A DNA stretch of 35,922 nt from Chrysochromulina tobinii (Eukaryota). The DNA lies in the NCBI GenBank assembly GCA_001275005.1, contig JWZX01001926.1, forward strand, positions 1 to 35,922. Reading direction: 5' to 3'. The notes below the pieces were generated by a model. That model had not been told where the DNA came from, searched no databases, and saw only the letters and a list, made by a program, of their open reading frames with translations. Position numbers and translations under genes: made by a program. Numbering within the stretch: position 1 is the stretch's first letter; the number at the start of each line of letters is the position of its first letter. Of this stretch, positions 9,301 through 21,300 are shown piece by piece.

Positions 9301-12300
9301 TCGCGTCCTTGGCTTGGGCGAGCGGCTCACTCGACGTCGTCGACAGTCGAGAGCTGCGCGAGTACCGGTCGCCTCGTACCTTTTGGTGCTGCGACGCAAT
9401 CCGCTCGCGTAGCGCCTCCGCTTGGTAGAGGGAGCGCGCCACCACATGCGATCCCAGGCGCGTGAAGATGAGCAACTCGCCCGGCAGCGCGCCCGCGCGC
9501 ACATGGGCGATCTCCTCAAGCTTGAGCGGAGCATGCTGTAGCTGGTGGATGTTGTGCAGGCTCTCGCCGATGCCAGCCGTGGCGGCCGTGGCGGCGCCCG
9601 CGGCGCCCGCAGTGCCGTGCGAGGTGTTGCGCCGTGTGCGCGAGAGGCGCATGCCCAGGACCGACCCCTTGCCGCCCTCGCCTGGCTTCTCGAACGGCAC
9701 GAAGAGCACGTGGGTCGAGGTGAGGCACAGCCAGCCGCTCTCGCGCGTGAGGGATCGCCGCGCGGCCGCTGCCGACTCATAGCTGTCGGCGCCATTCGCG
9801 CCGCGCCGCGTGCGCGGGCGCGGTGCGTATGCAGTGACGAGGCTGCATGCGGCGGAGAGGAGTAGAGGCGACTCGAGCGCCTGCAGCCGCGCGTGTGCCG
9901 CCCCCGCCGGTCGTGCTGCTTGGGGCGCGGGCGCGGCCTTCGAGCTCTCAGAGCCCGCGGAAGCCGTGCTACTCTTGTCCGGCTTGATGTTGTTGTTGTC
10001 GAGCTTGAGTTCGGGGCACGCCGTCGCCTTGCCCGCCTTGCGCGCAAACGTGTACGTGCCCGCCCCTGAGAGACCCGAGTAGAGGCCGGTCGCGTCGCAT
10101 GCGTAGATTTGGAGCGCGCGCGTGCCGAGCGGATCGTCCCACGTGTAGTCGCACGACTCGGCCGCCCCGAGCAAGTCCCAGTGGTCGCAATTCTGCTGGC
10201 GGAAGGCGATGAGAGAATCGGATCGGTTGACCACCTTGAAGGGGAGCTGGCGCTGCGTGAGCGGCTTGAGGCGCAGCAGCCGTTGCGAGCCGTTCATCGT
10301 GACCGTGAGCACGAGGTACAGCGTCTCGCCCTCGTACCAGAGCGAGTGCGTGTCGTCGGCAGAGGCGGCCGTCGGCCCACCCGTGCCCGCCGGCTGGAGC
10401 TTCCCACCCTTTGGCGGGTGGGGCGTGCCGCTCGATGCACCCACCCGCGACGTCGCCGACGGCCCCTCGAGCTCCGCCGAGATCGCTTCGTCCGTCGGCC
10501 CGTCGGCCGTGCCGTCGCCCTCATAACGCTCCCGCAGGTGCTGAAGCGCCGCCTCGCGGTCGCCGTCCGTATGGATCACGGCGCGTGGCCGCAGCTTGAG
10601 GACCACTTTGCCCACCGCCTCTGCCGAGAATGGTGCGCACCAGTCGTGGAAGCCGTTGGTTGGGCGTACGCTCAGCTTGCGAGCGAGCTCTGACTTGCGC
10701 CCCTCGCCCGTGCGTTCACGCCACTTGATCGGTACGCCGCCGCCGTCGGCGGGCAGCCGACCGATGCGCGCCTCCGCCTCCGCGCCGTGCTCGGCTTTGG
10801 GCGGCGGCCGGTCGGTGCTCGGCTTTGGTCGGTGCTCGGCTTTGGGCGGCGGCCGGTCGGTGCTCGGCTTTGGTCGGTGCTCGGCTTTGGGCGGCGGCCG
10901 GTCGGTGCTCGCGAGGGGAGTGCTCGTGGGCGGCAGCTCGCAAAAGTCAAAGTCGACGCCCGTGTCGTTCCGAAGAATGAAGCGATCTCGCACCGTCACG
11001 ATCGTCGAGCCGGCCGACGCGAGCGAACCCTCCGAGGAGCCGATATGCACCGCGAGCTCGGCGATCTCGCCCTCGTCCGTCCGCAGCTCGAGCGGCCCAT
11101 CGTTGCCGACGGCGTCGACCGAGAAGGCGGCCGAAAGATGCTCCCGCCGGGCGCGGGGGTGCTGTGCCATCTCGTGCTCTCGCCCCGCCGTCGGGACGGC
11201 CACCGAGCTCGAATTGCATGCATCTCCAAGTTGCATGCATCTCGGGACGGCCACCGAGCCGTCGCCTGTCGGGAGCGCCGTGCTGAGCGTTGGGGCGATG
11301 CCGAGGCGACCGGGGCAGCCTGTGCCCGAGATGCCCGCGCCGGCGAGCATCGCGCCCGAGATCGCGTCCTTAGCGGCCATGTTCTGGTCGGAGAAGGAGA
11401 AGATTTGAGGGCAGCGGGCGTTGGGCAGCGCCTCGAGGACGTGGGATGGGTACGACTCGCGAGCGTGATACACGCGCAGCGGGAGCGACGACAGGTTGAC
11501 GAGCCAGTGCGGCGAGCTGAGCGAGAGAAGACACGTGCCCTCGGCGGTCGTAGTTACACCGAGGTGCACCCACACGGCCCGGGGCGACTGCGCATTCTCA
11601 TCCTTCGGGTAGACGATGCACTGCAGCTTGTGCTCGGTCGCGCCCATCGGCCGACGAAACTTGATCTCGCCGTGCATGCGCGCGCTGTCCCACGCGTGCC
11701 CGTCCATCCATATTTGGAGCGAGAGGCTCGTGGTTGCATGCAGCGAGTGGAAGCGATGGACTGTCCCCGGCTGCACGAAGAGCTCCTCGGTGTGCGTCTG
11801 CTGATGGCGGCGCTTGTACCGCGGCGTCCACGAAGAAAACAAGGAGCTCTTGGATGCGGCTTCGCGCTCGAGGAGGGGCTCGCTCAAGGGGCTGGGAGGC
11901 TGGCGGGTGGGTGACCTGCTGCTGTTGCCCTCGGAGACCTTGTCAAGCATCCCCGCCGCCGGAGACTCCTCCCGAAGCGAACTTGCGGAGGCCTCGGCCA
12001 TCGTGGCCGCCCTCCCCGAGCCCGCCCTCCCCGAGCCGCTCCCCAGCTCGTCGTCATCGGGCATCTCATCCTCGCGAAGCTGGCGCATGGCCACGTGGAC
12101 GGCGCATGGCAGCAGGCTCGTCAGAGTGAGGGGCGCTTGGATCACGAGCCGGCGTGGCTGCCATTGCTCGATGCCCTTGAGCCGCTCGGCCCGCGCACGC
12201 GCGCGAAGTTCGTGCATCTGGCTGATGACGTGCTCGCGGTTCATCAGCCCGCCGAAGACGCAGCGCTTGCCGCTGCTCATGTCCACCTCGATCACATTGG

Positions 12301-15300
12301 GCATCGTCAGGGACAGCTTGGCACCAGCGTGGATCTGCTCGATCTCGACCCACTTGTGCACCACGTTCTCGCTGCTGAGCGACGCGCCAATGCACATGCA
12401 GCCCGTCGTCAGATAGAGCGTCGCGGGCACCGGCACGCCCGCGACGGCGCCCGCGGCGGCGCCCGCAGGCAGCAGGCACGCATGCGTCTGCAGCAGCAGC
12501 TCGGACGGATCGAGACGAAACCGAGTGAGCTGCCCACGAGCTCGGTTTGCCGAGGCCGAAGGCGTGAGCTCCGAGGTGGTCGTCAGGCGGTCGATGCGCG
12601 CACAGCCCATCCACGCAGGCTGGGGGCCGCGACCCGCCTCGCCCGCGCGCAAGCTCGAGGTCCCGCACGTGAGCAACGAGGAGCCGGGCGCGAGTGGCAC
12701 GAGGGAGCCGTAATGGTACGCGGGCGGACCCGAGACGATGGGCACGGCCGGCCCGATTTGGATGTTCCTTTCAGATGCATGCACGGCAGGCCGGATTTGG
12801 ATGTTCCTGCACGTTTCTGCAGAGCCGGCGGCGGTGAAGCGCAACGGCAGCGACGCCGTCTCCCCCGGCTCGACGCGCAGCTCACGCTCGGTGCGCTCGA
12901 GCCCCTTCATGATGATGAGCAGCGGGAAATCGGTCTCATTGAGTACCTCCACCGCCGACTTGACGGTGAGTTGCCGCCCACCGCGATGCAAGCGCACCTC
13001 GCACACGACGCCGAGCGCCTTGACGCCGAGCGCTGCCCGGGAGGCCTCGAGCAGCGCCGCCGCCGACTTGGGCTCCGAAAGCGAGCGCCGGTGGGCCTTG
13101 ACCCCGCCGGCCGCACCGTCCACCGATCGACTGAGCATCGGTGGCACGGACGCCCCCGATGGCGGCTGCTCGTCGAAGAGCTCGGGCACTGGCGGCGGCG
13201 GCGGCGGCTCGGGCCGCTTCCCCCTGCCATCGACCTCGGGCAGCTTCCCCCTGCCATCAACCTCATGCCTCGTCGCGAGAGCAAAGGGCGCCGATGGTGT
13301 GCGCCGGTGACGGGCTCCGACGGCGCTCTTGTGGTCTCCGACGGCCGACACAGCATCCATCGTCGCGGGCGCCGCGCCACGCCGCTGTGCGCTCTCGTTG
13401 CGCTCGAGGCCACTGCGCTCGAGCTTCTCGGCGGCGGCGCGCTCGACGGCGGCCGCCTGGTGCACGATCGAGGTCTTGTCTGCCGCCTGCTTGAGCAGCA
13501 GCACCCGCGAGCCAACGTCAGTGCCAATCATGCCCACGTCGTACAGCGGCTCATACGCGCCATCGCCGAGGAAGAGCACCAGGTCTTGCACGAGCTCCGA
13601 GGTCTTGAGGTGCTGGTCGTTATGCTTGTCATCGCCCCGCTTGGAAGAAGGCACGCGCCTCGACTTGGATGAGAGGTACGAGCTGCTCGATTGGAACGGC
13701 TGGGACGGCCCAAACTTGGGCGAGAGCGACGATCCAAATTTGGCCGAGAGCAGGCTCTTGGTGGATGAGGTCGGCACGCTCGTACTCGTGCGCCCCTGGG
13801 CGCTGTGGAAGGTGGTCCCGCAGTGGGCGGGAGGCAGGGAGCGTGCGTGGCCCTGCTCCTGGGGCACGCGGCTCGCACGCTCCATGTTGACGACGCCCAG
13901 CGGCTCGCCCTCATCCTCTGGCGTGCCGATGAGCTCTTGCAGGCAGCGGAGCCAGCCATCGAGATCGGCTTGGCTCTCTGCGAAGAGCACGCTCGTCGAG
14001 GTCGCGTCGCCAATATCGAACGAGTAGGGCGTCGGCCGAGGCCACGTGCCAGCGACGATGGTCGCCGGGCGCACGCAGGGCGATCGGAGCCGCTCGACGT
14101 GGCGCAGGTCGACGCGTCCGAAGAGCTTGGCGTCGTCGAGTCTGACCGCCTCATAGAACGAGATCGAGGTGGGTAGCAGAATAGCATAGCAGCGCTTGCA
14201 GCTGCGTCGGTCATCGCTCATACGAAAGAGGAAGGGCGTCACGTGCGACGAGGTGAGCAGCGACGAGAGCTTGAGCCGCTCGAAGAGGAGACCTCGTACC
14301 GCGTGCTTCTCGCGCGTGTGCAGGCTCGAGATTGCGTCGAGGGGCAGGCTGCCTTCATGGTCCGCGAGCGTCGGGTCGGCTCCTTCTAGCAGGAGCAGCC
14401 GGACCGTTCGCTCCGGCCCCGCGCGGGCCGCGCAGTGCAGCGCCGATCGGCCACCGGCCGCGACCGCGTCGACATTGGCGCCCGCGAGCAGCAGCTGCGA
14501 GACGATCTCAGGGTAGCGCCCCTCGGCGGCGCGCATGAGGGCTGTGAGCGTGCCGTCTGTGGACTCCACGTCGGCACGTTGGTTGAGGAGCGAGGTGACG
14601 CGGTCGCGCATCCCCTTGCCCGCGGCCGATACGAGCTCGGCCGACGGGAAGGTGCGCCCCTCGTCGCTTTCGAGGGAGACATGCAACGCGTCCTCGAGTA
14701 GCCTCGCCACCTGTGGATGGCTCTGCGCGAGGCTGAGCGCCGTCTGCCCTTCGCAGGTGGTCGCCGTCGCGTCCGCTCCCACCGAGAGCAGCAGGCACAC
14801 GCAATCGCGTGCGCCCGCGCGGGCAGCGTAGTGCAGCGCACGCATCTGGCGCTTGTCCTGTGTGGGCAGCTCAATGTCCGCCTTGGCTTGCACGAGCAGT
14901 CGCAGCACCTCCACGTGCCCGTGCTTGGCCGCCTCGTGCAGCGCCGTCTTCGATTTGGCGCCCGACTTGGCGGCCAGGCGCCTCGAGTTGACATTGGCGC
15001 GCCGGCGCAGCAGCTCAAAGACAAGATCCTGATGGCCTCTGGCCGCCGCACTCACGAGCTCCTCGCAATTGGTGGTGACGGCCTCCTCCCCTAGGGCAAA
15101 GCGCGCATGCATCGAGCCGCCCCGCTCTTCGGCCTCCCGCTGGGCCGCCGCCTGCTCCGGCGTCTCGAAGGCCACCGTGGCCCCCGCCTTGACCAGGGTG
15201 AGCTCCGGACCCATGCTCGAGTGATGTCCAGAGGCTGGCGGCTGGGCTGCTGCCCTGGTGGCGCCGGGCGCCGGAGGATGAGGCGCGCTGTCATGGGCGC

Positions 15301-18300
15301 TGTCCAGCCATCTGCGCGCGCTGCCAAAGACGTTTCGCCTGCCCGGGAGCGCGGCGGCGGCCGCGGCGGCGCTCGTGGCGAAGTGGAGCTCGAGTTCCGT
15401 CAGGTTGCGCACGGCGCACGGCATGAACTTGATCTGGGCCTCGTCGCCATCGCCGTCACTCTCGTGGTCGCCCTCTTCGTCGTCGGATGCCTCGGATCCG
15501 TCATCGGTGGTCAGCACCGAATTCATCCAAGGGGCTGGGAGTGCGCCGTGATCCCTCGAGCCCCTCGCCACGTCGCCTTCCTCGACGGAGTCGGCCCCAC
15601 GAGGGGCACGGCCGTGTCGCCGCGTCGCACGGTCGAGCTCGGCTGCCTGTGCACGCTGCCGTTCTTGCTGCGTCTGATGGGCGTGCCGCAGCTTGGCCTG
15701 CTGCACGATGCGATCGACCTCGACGAGAGAGACGAGCAGCGCGTGGGTGAGGTTGACGTCGAGCGACTCGTTGGCTTGTAGAGTGATGCGCTGCGCGTGC
15801 GCCGTGTCCTCCCTGGCCGTCTCGTCGGCACCCTGGACGTCGGCGGCAAATGTCGACGCTGAGGTCGAGGCCATCTCCGCCGCGGACGCCTTGGACGCGC
15901 CCGCCTTGGACGCGCCCACCTTGGACCACGAGCCAAAGAGATTCCAGGGCTCTAGGATGGGCTCCCAGTGTCCGTTGCGGGCGTTGAAGTGCGACGCCTG
16001 AAGCACGAAGCCAAAGTGCGCGATGCCCGAGAGCGCGCCCAGCGCCTTGTCGACGAGAGGGTCGCGCGAGCTCGCGAGCTCGCGCGAGATCGCGAGCTCG
16101 CGGATGGAGACCTCGCGCGCCTCGCCGAGCGCGCCTTCGATGCGCATCTCGATCCGTTGCACCCCTGCCTCGTACAGCGGCATGAGCGCATCCTCGGCAT
16201 CGTCCACCACGCGCACCCAAATGCCGCCCTCGCACACAACGTCCACCTTGAGCGCGGGCAACACGACGAGCTGCGGCTCCAGCGCCTCCTCGCTCGTCTC
16301 GGCCTGCGCGATCATCTCGTCGCGTAGGACGGACTCGGAGAAGGCGAGGGCCGGGGGCGGCTCGGGGAGCGAGTCGGAGCGGAGCGTGCGCCCACCCCAG
16401 CGCCCGAACCTTGGCGGCAGCGGCGGGGCACCCGTGGAAGCGCCGTGGTGGGCGAACACAGAAGCCGGCTGGGCAGGGCGCGCCGTGGTGGGCGCTGGCT
16501 CGACAGGCGCTCGCGCCGTGACGAGCGCCTGCCCAAAGTCCCGTACGAGGTAGAAGAGAAAGGCAGCCTCGTGCACCGCGAGCGAGATTGTGGTGGTCGA
16601 GACGACGACGCGCACCGACAGTTCCGTCGGCGCTGCCCCCCCCCGGAGGCTGCAGCGGCGGCGGCGGCGGGTACATGGGCAGCCAGCCCTGCCCCCCAAG
16701 CTCCACACCCCCGTGCATCTGAGCCACCAGCTGCCACAAATTGCCATGCATCGGACTCAAACGCGGCCGCGTGCTCGGCGGCACGCGGGGAGCTGCTGCC
16801 TCCTCTGCCGCTGCCGCCTTCGTGGGCGCTGTGGTGGGCGTGCGCTCCACCTTGCCCGTGTCCGCGGCGGCGAGCTTGGCCGTGATCGCGATCTCGAGAC
16901 ACGGGAGCATCCAATGTGGGGTCGCCTGGGGTCGAAGGCGCCAGTCCTTCGTGAGCAAGCGCGAGGCACGCGATGCGCCGTCGCGCCGCAGGTGCTGCTG
17001 CGGCGGAGCAAGCAAGATCTGTACCGACGCGAGCCGTGCGCACATCGAGTGCAGCTGCGGCGGCGCGTTGGGCTCTTGCGTGAGCTGCAGCTCGAGCTCC
17101 AAATCTCCCGCCCGGAGCAGGGCCGCCGCACACGGCAGCTTGGGGCAAGGGATCACAAGGAGTGGCCCTCTCACGAGCGCATGCAGCTCGATGCGAGGCT
17201 GCGGCAGGCCCGTCCTCTTGGTCAGCTGCGGCGGCAAGGTGGCGGCCGTGTGGCCCTCGGCCATCTGGGCAGCGGCCAGATCGTTCTCCGCACGCTGCAG
17301 GCCGAGAGTCACCTGGTGCGCCCACACCGCCAGGCGCGCCACGCCTTTTGCGATCGCCACGGCACGCAGCCGCCTGAGCCGCAGCTCGGCGCGCACGCGC
17401 ACAGTGCGCAACTCCTCGGGCACCGCGCCGTCCCGGGCACCGTCCACGTGCCCCTGCACCGAGAGCAACAGCAGCGGCGGCGCACCTGGCCCGGGCATGA
17501 GCAAGGGCGCGGCAGCCATGAGCACGGCGCCCCGGTCGAGGACGCCGTCGTGGTCGCCCAGGTCGGGGACGCCGTCGAGTGGTGATTCGCGAGCCCCGAG
17601 CCCCTCCAGCTCCTCGAGCTCCACGCCCGACCGACCCCCAGCGCCGCCGCTCAGCTCATCAGAGAGCCCCGCGTGCTCGTCTGAAGGGTAGTTGCGCGCG
17701 TACGCGGGCGAGCCGTCCACGCGCTGGTACGCGGGCGAGGGGCTCTGAGCGCGCGCTGTGGCGAGCGCCTCCTCCTCGTCATCGAGCATCGAGAGGAGCA
17801 CCTCGGGTGCAGCGCCGCGGTGGGCGCGGTAGAGCACCCCGATCGACGAGAGCGAGAGCGAGAGCAGCGTGTCGACCTGGGGAGTGTTGTCGCCGGATCG
17901 GAAGTGCACCTCGAGGGCGTGCAGTCGCACGTCACACAGGGCGCTCGAGCTCGCCTGCGCGTCGATGAACGAAATGCCCTCGCGACCGAGAAAGGCGGAG
18001 CCGACCGATTTGGGCGGGCGCTCGTGCAGATGCATGCACACATCGCTCGTGCGCAGCCGCAGCTCCAACGGCCCCTTGCCCGCGTAGTCACCCCATCGAC
18101 TCCAATCCTTTGGCAGGTCGAGCTCGGGGCGTACGTCGCCCACCCAGTGATCTGCGAGGGTCCGCGCCCCCATGAGCATGCTCATCGCCCAGCTCGCGAC
18201 GGGTACGAGGGCGACCGGCGCCAAATGGATCGAGAGCGCGCCCGTCTGAGCGTGGCACTGCAGCAGCCCTCCCATGCTCGCGTAGCGCGGCGAGCCCGGT

Positions 18301-21300
18301 TCGCACCCACACAGGCGCACCTGCAGAAAGTCGTCGTGCACGACGTCGAGCGCGGCTTGCTTCGATCCGGACGAGTGCGGCCAGCTGCGCTCGGCCATCG
18401 CCAGGCGCGGCGCCGCCGGCAGAGGCGCAAAGACCCGTTCGCCCCCCTTGTCCCTCTGCGAGCCGGTGCCGCCGAGCGTCGCGCCAGCTGCGCCAAAGAT
18501 CCGTTCAAACTCCTCGTAGTCGACATGGCGCGAGCCGCTCGCGTCGAGCTCCTCGAGCAGCGCCTCGATCGACTCGAACTCCATGTCGACGCTCGGGCGC
18601 GGCCCGGGCGTCGTGTCGGGCGGCTCGGGCGTCGTGTCGGGCGGCTCGGGCGCCATGGCGGGCGTGGGCGCCATGGCGGGCGCCGTGCCGGGCGCCGTGC
18701 CGGGCACAGTTGAGCGCGCGCGCTGCGCGGCGAGTCCGAGCTGCTCGCGCACCTTCGAGTCCCTGTGGCAGAGGGTCTGCAGCTCGCACAGGGAGACGCG
18801 CCCGTCGCCGTCCACGTCGAGCTTCCGAAAGAGCTCCCCACATGCAATCGAGCTCATGCAGCGGCCGTGCTCCAGTCGGTCAACGGGTGCGCCGAGCAGC
18901 ATCAGTGAGTTATAAAAGGGCGCCGTGGATGCGTAGACGCCGCGCTCCGATGCGTTGCAAGGCGTCGATGCGGGTGGCTCGGCGTTGCCAGGCGCGCCGC
19001 CGTTGCACATGGCGCTCAGCTCGCCCACAGTGAGAAGCATCGACAGGTCGTGCAGACGCATGATGTAGTCGTACCCCACGTGGCGCAGCCGCAGAGCGAG
19101 CACGGGCTTGCCCAGGCTGCCCACGGGGAAGGATGGCGCGGCCGTCGCGGACTCATCGTCGCTCGATGGCGCCGTGGTGGGCGGCGACTTGGTGGGCGGC
19201 GACGACTTGGCGCGCGACGCGTAGCCGCCGGCCGAGGGCGCCGTGGTGGGCTCATCCGGCGGCACGATCGTCGAGTAGCTCGAGCCACTCCTCGGGTCCG
19301 CCGAGTAGAGGGAGAGCTCGATGGCTGAGAAGCGGCACGTGATGCCGTGGCCACAATAGGGCGCCTCCGCCTCCGAGAGACGGCGTGGACGGCCGAGGCC
19401 TGGCTTGTGTGCTCTCCACTTGGGCGGCTGCCCATCCGTGTGGAGAGGCTGGCGGTGTGCCGGTATGCCCGTGCCATCCTCTTGTGCCGAGGCGTCGTGT
19501 GGCGCCCCGTGCTCACAAGAGTCGACTGCTCCCAAATTAGGGACTGCTCCCAAATTAGGGACTGCTCCCAAATTAGGGACTGCTCCCCCAGAGCCAAGCC
19601 TAGGGCTGGCGCCGAAGAGGTTGTTGGAGCGCTGGTGCGCGCGGATGAGGCGGGCCCAGAGCTGAGCCTCCATCACGGAGCTCGCGTGCAGCGTGACCGC
19701 GCGAGGCTGCCCATCACCCCGTGTCGGCTCGCCGTCGACGCGGCGCGAGGGGGCGTAGCTGGGCGTGTACAGCGTCAGAGCGGTCACGGTGGGCGTGAGG
19801 AGCTCAACCGTGTCGAGGAAGAGCGAGCGGCGCACGCCGTCCATCGTATAATACTGAAGCACGCCCGAGCCAATCGACACGAAGCAGCCGCCGAGCACCT
19901 TGCCGGCGGAGTGGCTGCTCGGCGCGAGAAGGCCCGCCGCCGCGACCGCGGCCGCGGCCTTGCCCGCGTGCGGCGCCACCGCCTCGGTCACGTTGAGAAA
20001 GCCGGAGGCGCCGTCGCCCACCATCGGCCAATGGACATTCGAGTCCATCATATGGAGGAGCGGCGCGAGGGCGCGAAGGAGCGACTGGATGAGCGCGACC
20101 ACCGTGAGCGCGTGGCCGACACGGAAGTTGAAGCGGATGGGGCCGTCGGCGCTAAAGTCAAGGCGGAAGGCCGGTCGAAAGAGGCGTCGCGGCATCTCGA
20201 GCGCAAAGATGAACTTGATCGTTAGGGCGAGCGGGTTGCATTGCCAGCCCGAGGCGGCCACCACGCGATCGACGAGGTCGTCCTTCCGAAGCCACGCCGA
20301 GGGCAGCGAGTCTGGCGGCAAGAAGCACAGCTGAGACGCGGGCGATTTGTTCGTCCACGTCTGCTCCTCGGGGGGCGAGCCCGGCGTCGCGCCGGGGGGC
20401 GGCGTGCCCGGGTGATCCCAATCGAAGGTGACGTCGTTGCACCGGATGCAGAGCGTGTGGAAGCCGGTCGTGCCGAGGGCGTGGTCGTCGTACATGGTCT
20501 CGTCATTCCCGTCGAGGTCGGGCGCTGAGATGGGCGCCGAGATGGGCGCCGAGATGGGCGCCGACGACGTCATCGAAGCAGCCGAGGGCGCCGAGACGGG
20601 CGTTTGGGACTCACCCGACCTCGCGCGCTCGACATCGACCGGGGGAGGCGGCGACCGCTGGCCGGCGCTGGCGACGGGTGCAGCGGGCACGCGCGTAGGC
20701 AGCACCTCCAAGGAACGCGTCGCCCGCGCCCCGGCGCCCGGCACGGCGCTCTTCCGCGGTGCGCGCGCGGTGCGCCGGCGCGAGGGACGCGGCGCGAGGG
20801 TGAAGCCGGGCGTGGGCAGCTTGTGCTCGACCCACAAGATCTCAAGGCGGTCGAGGTGCAAGTGCAGCAGCAGTGGTCGCATCCCGAGGCCGTCGACCAC
20901 GGCGGCGCGGATGCCGTTGGCCATCTTCTGGTTGAGGCCACGGACGAGGCCATCGATGGACTCCTGCACCTCGGCGCCGACGGCCGCGTAGTCGGGCGGC
21001 TTGATGAAGAAGAGGAGGAAGTAGGCGAGCAGCTGGGCAGTGAAGAGCAGCTTCAAGTAGCCTATCTCGACGTTGACCACGGCGGCCGCCTCAGAGCCGA
21101 GCGGTGCCGACTCGAAGGCGATCGTGATCAAGTTGGCGGGCTTCGGACGGTCGGGCAGCGTCCCATGCGCGACGCAGCTGTGCAGCTCGCGGCATGGCGT
21201 CGCCATGTCGAACATCTCAAGCAGATGCACGGTCACGCCCACGCCGATCGCACACGCCCGAGGGCGGAAGCGAAAGTTCCCCGCCACCCCGCGCAAAACG

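Noticed and set aside
15501..16635. C-terminal ~380 aa of the 2489-aa ORF as real protein
   Set aside because: Out-of-frame run-on after the G9 break; the VPS13 motifs (WEPILEPW) are in the other frame.
19524..19587. TTAGGG hexamers as interstitial telomere
   Set aside because: Single hexamers embedded in an 18-nt coding repeat, not a tandem telomeric array.
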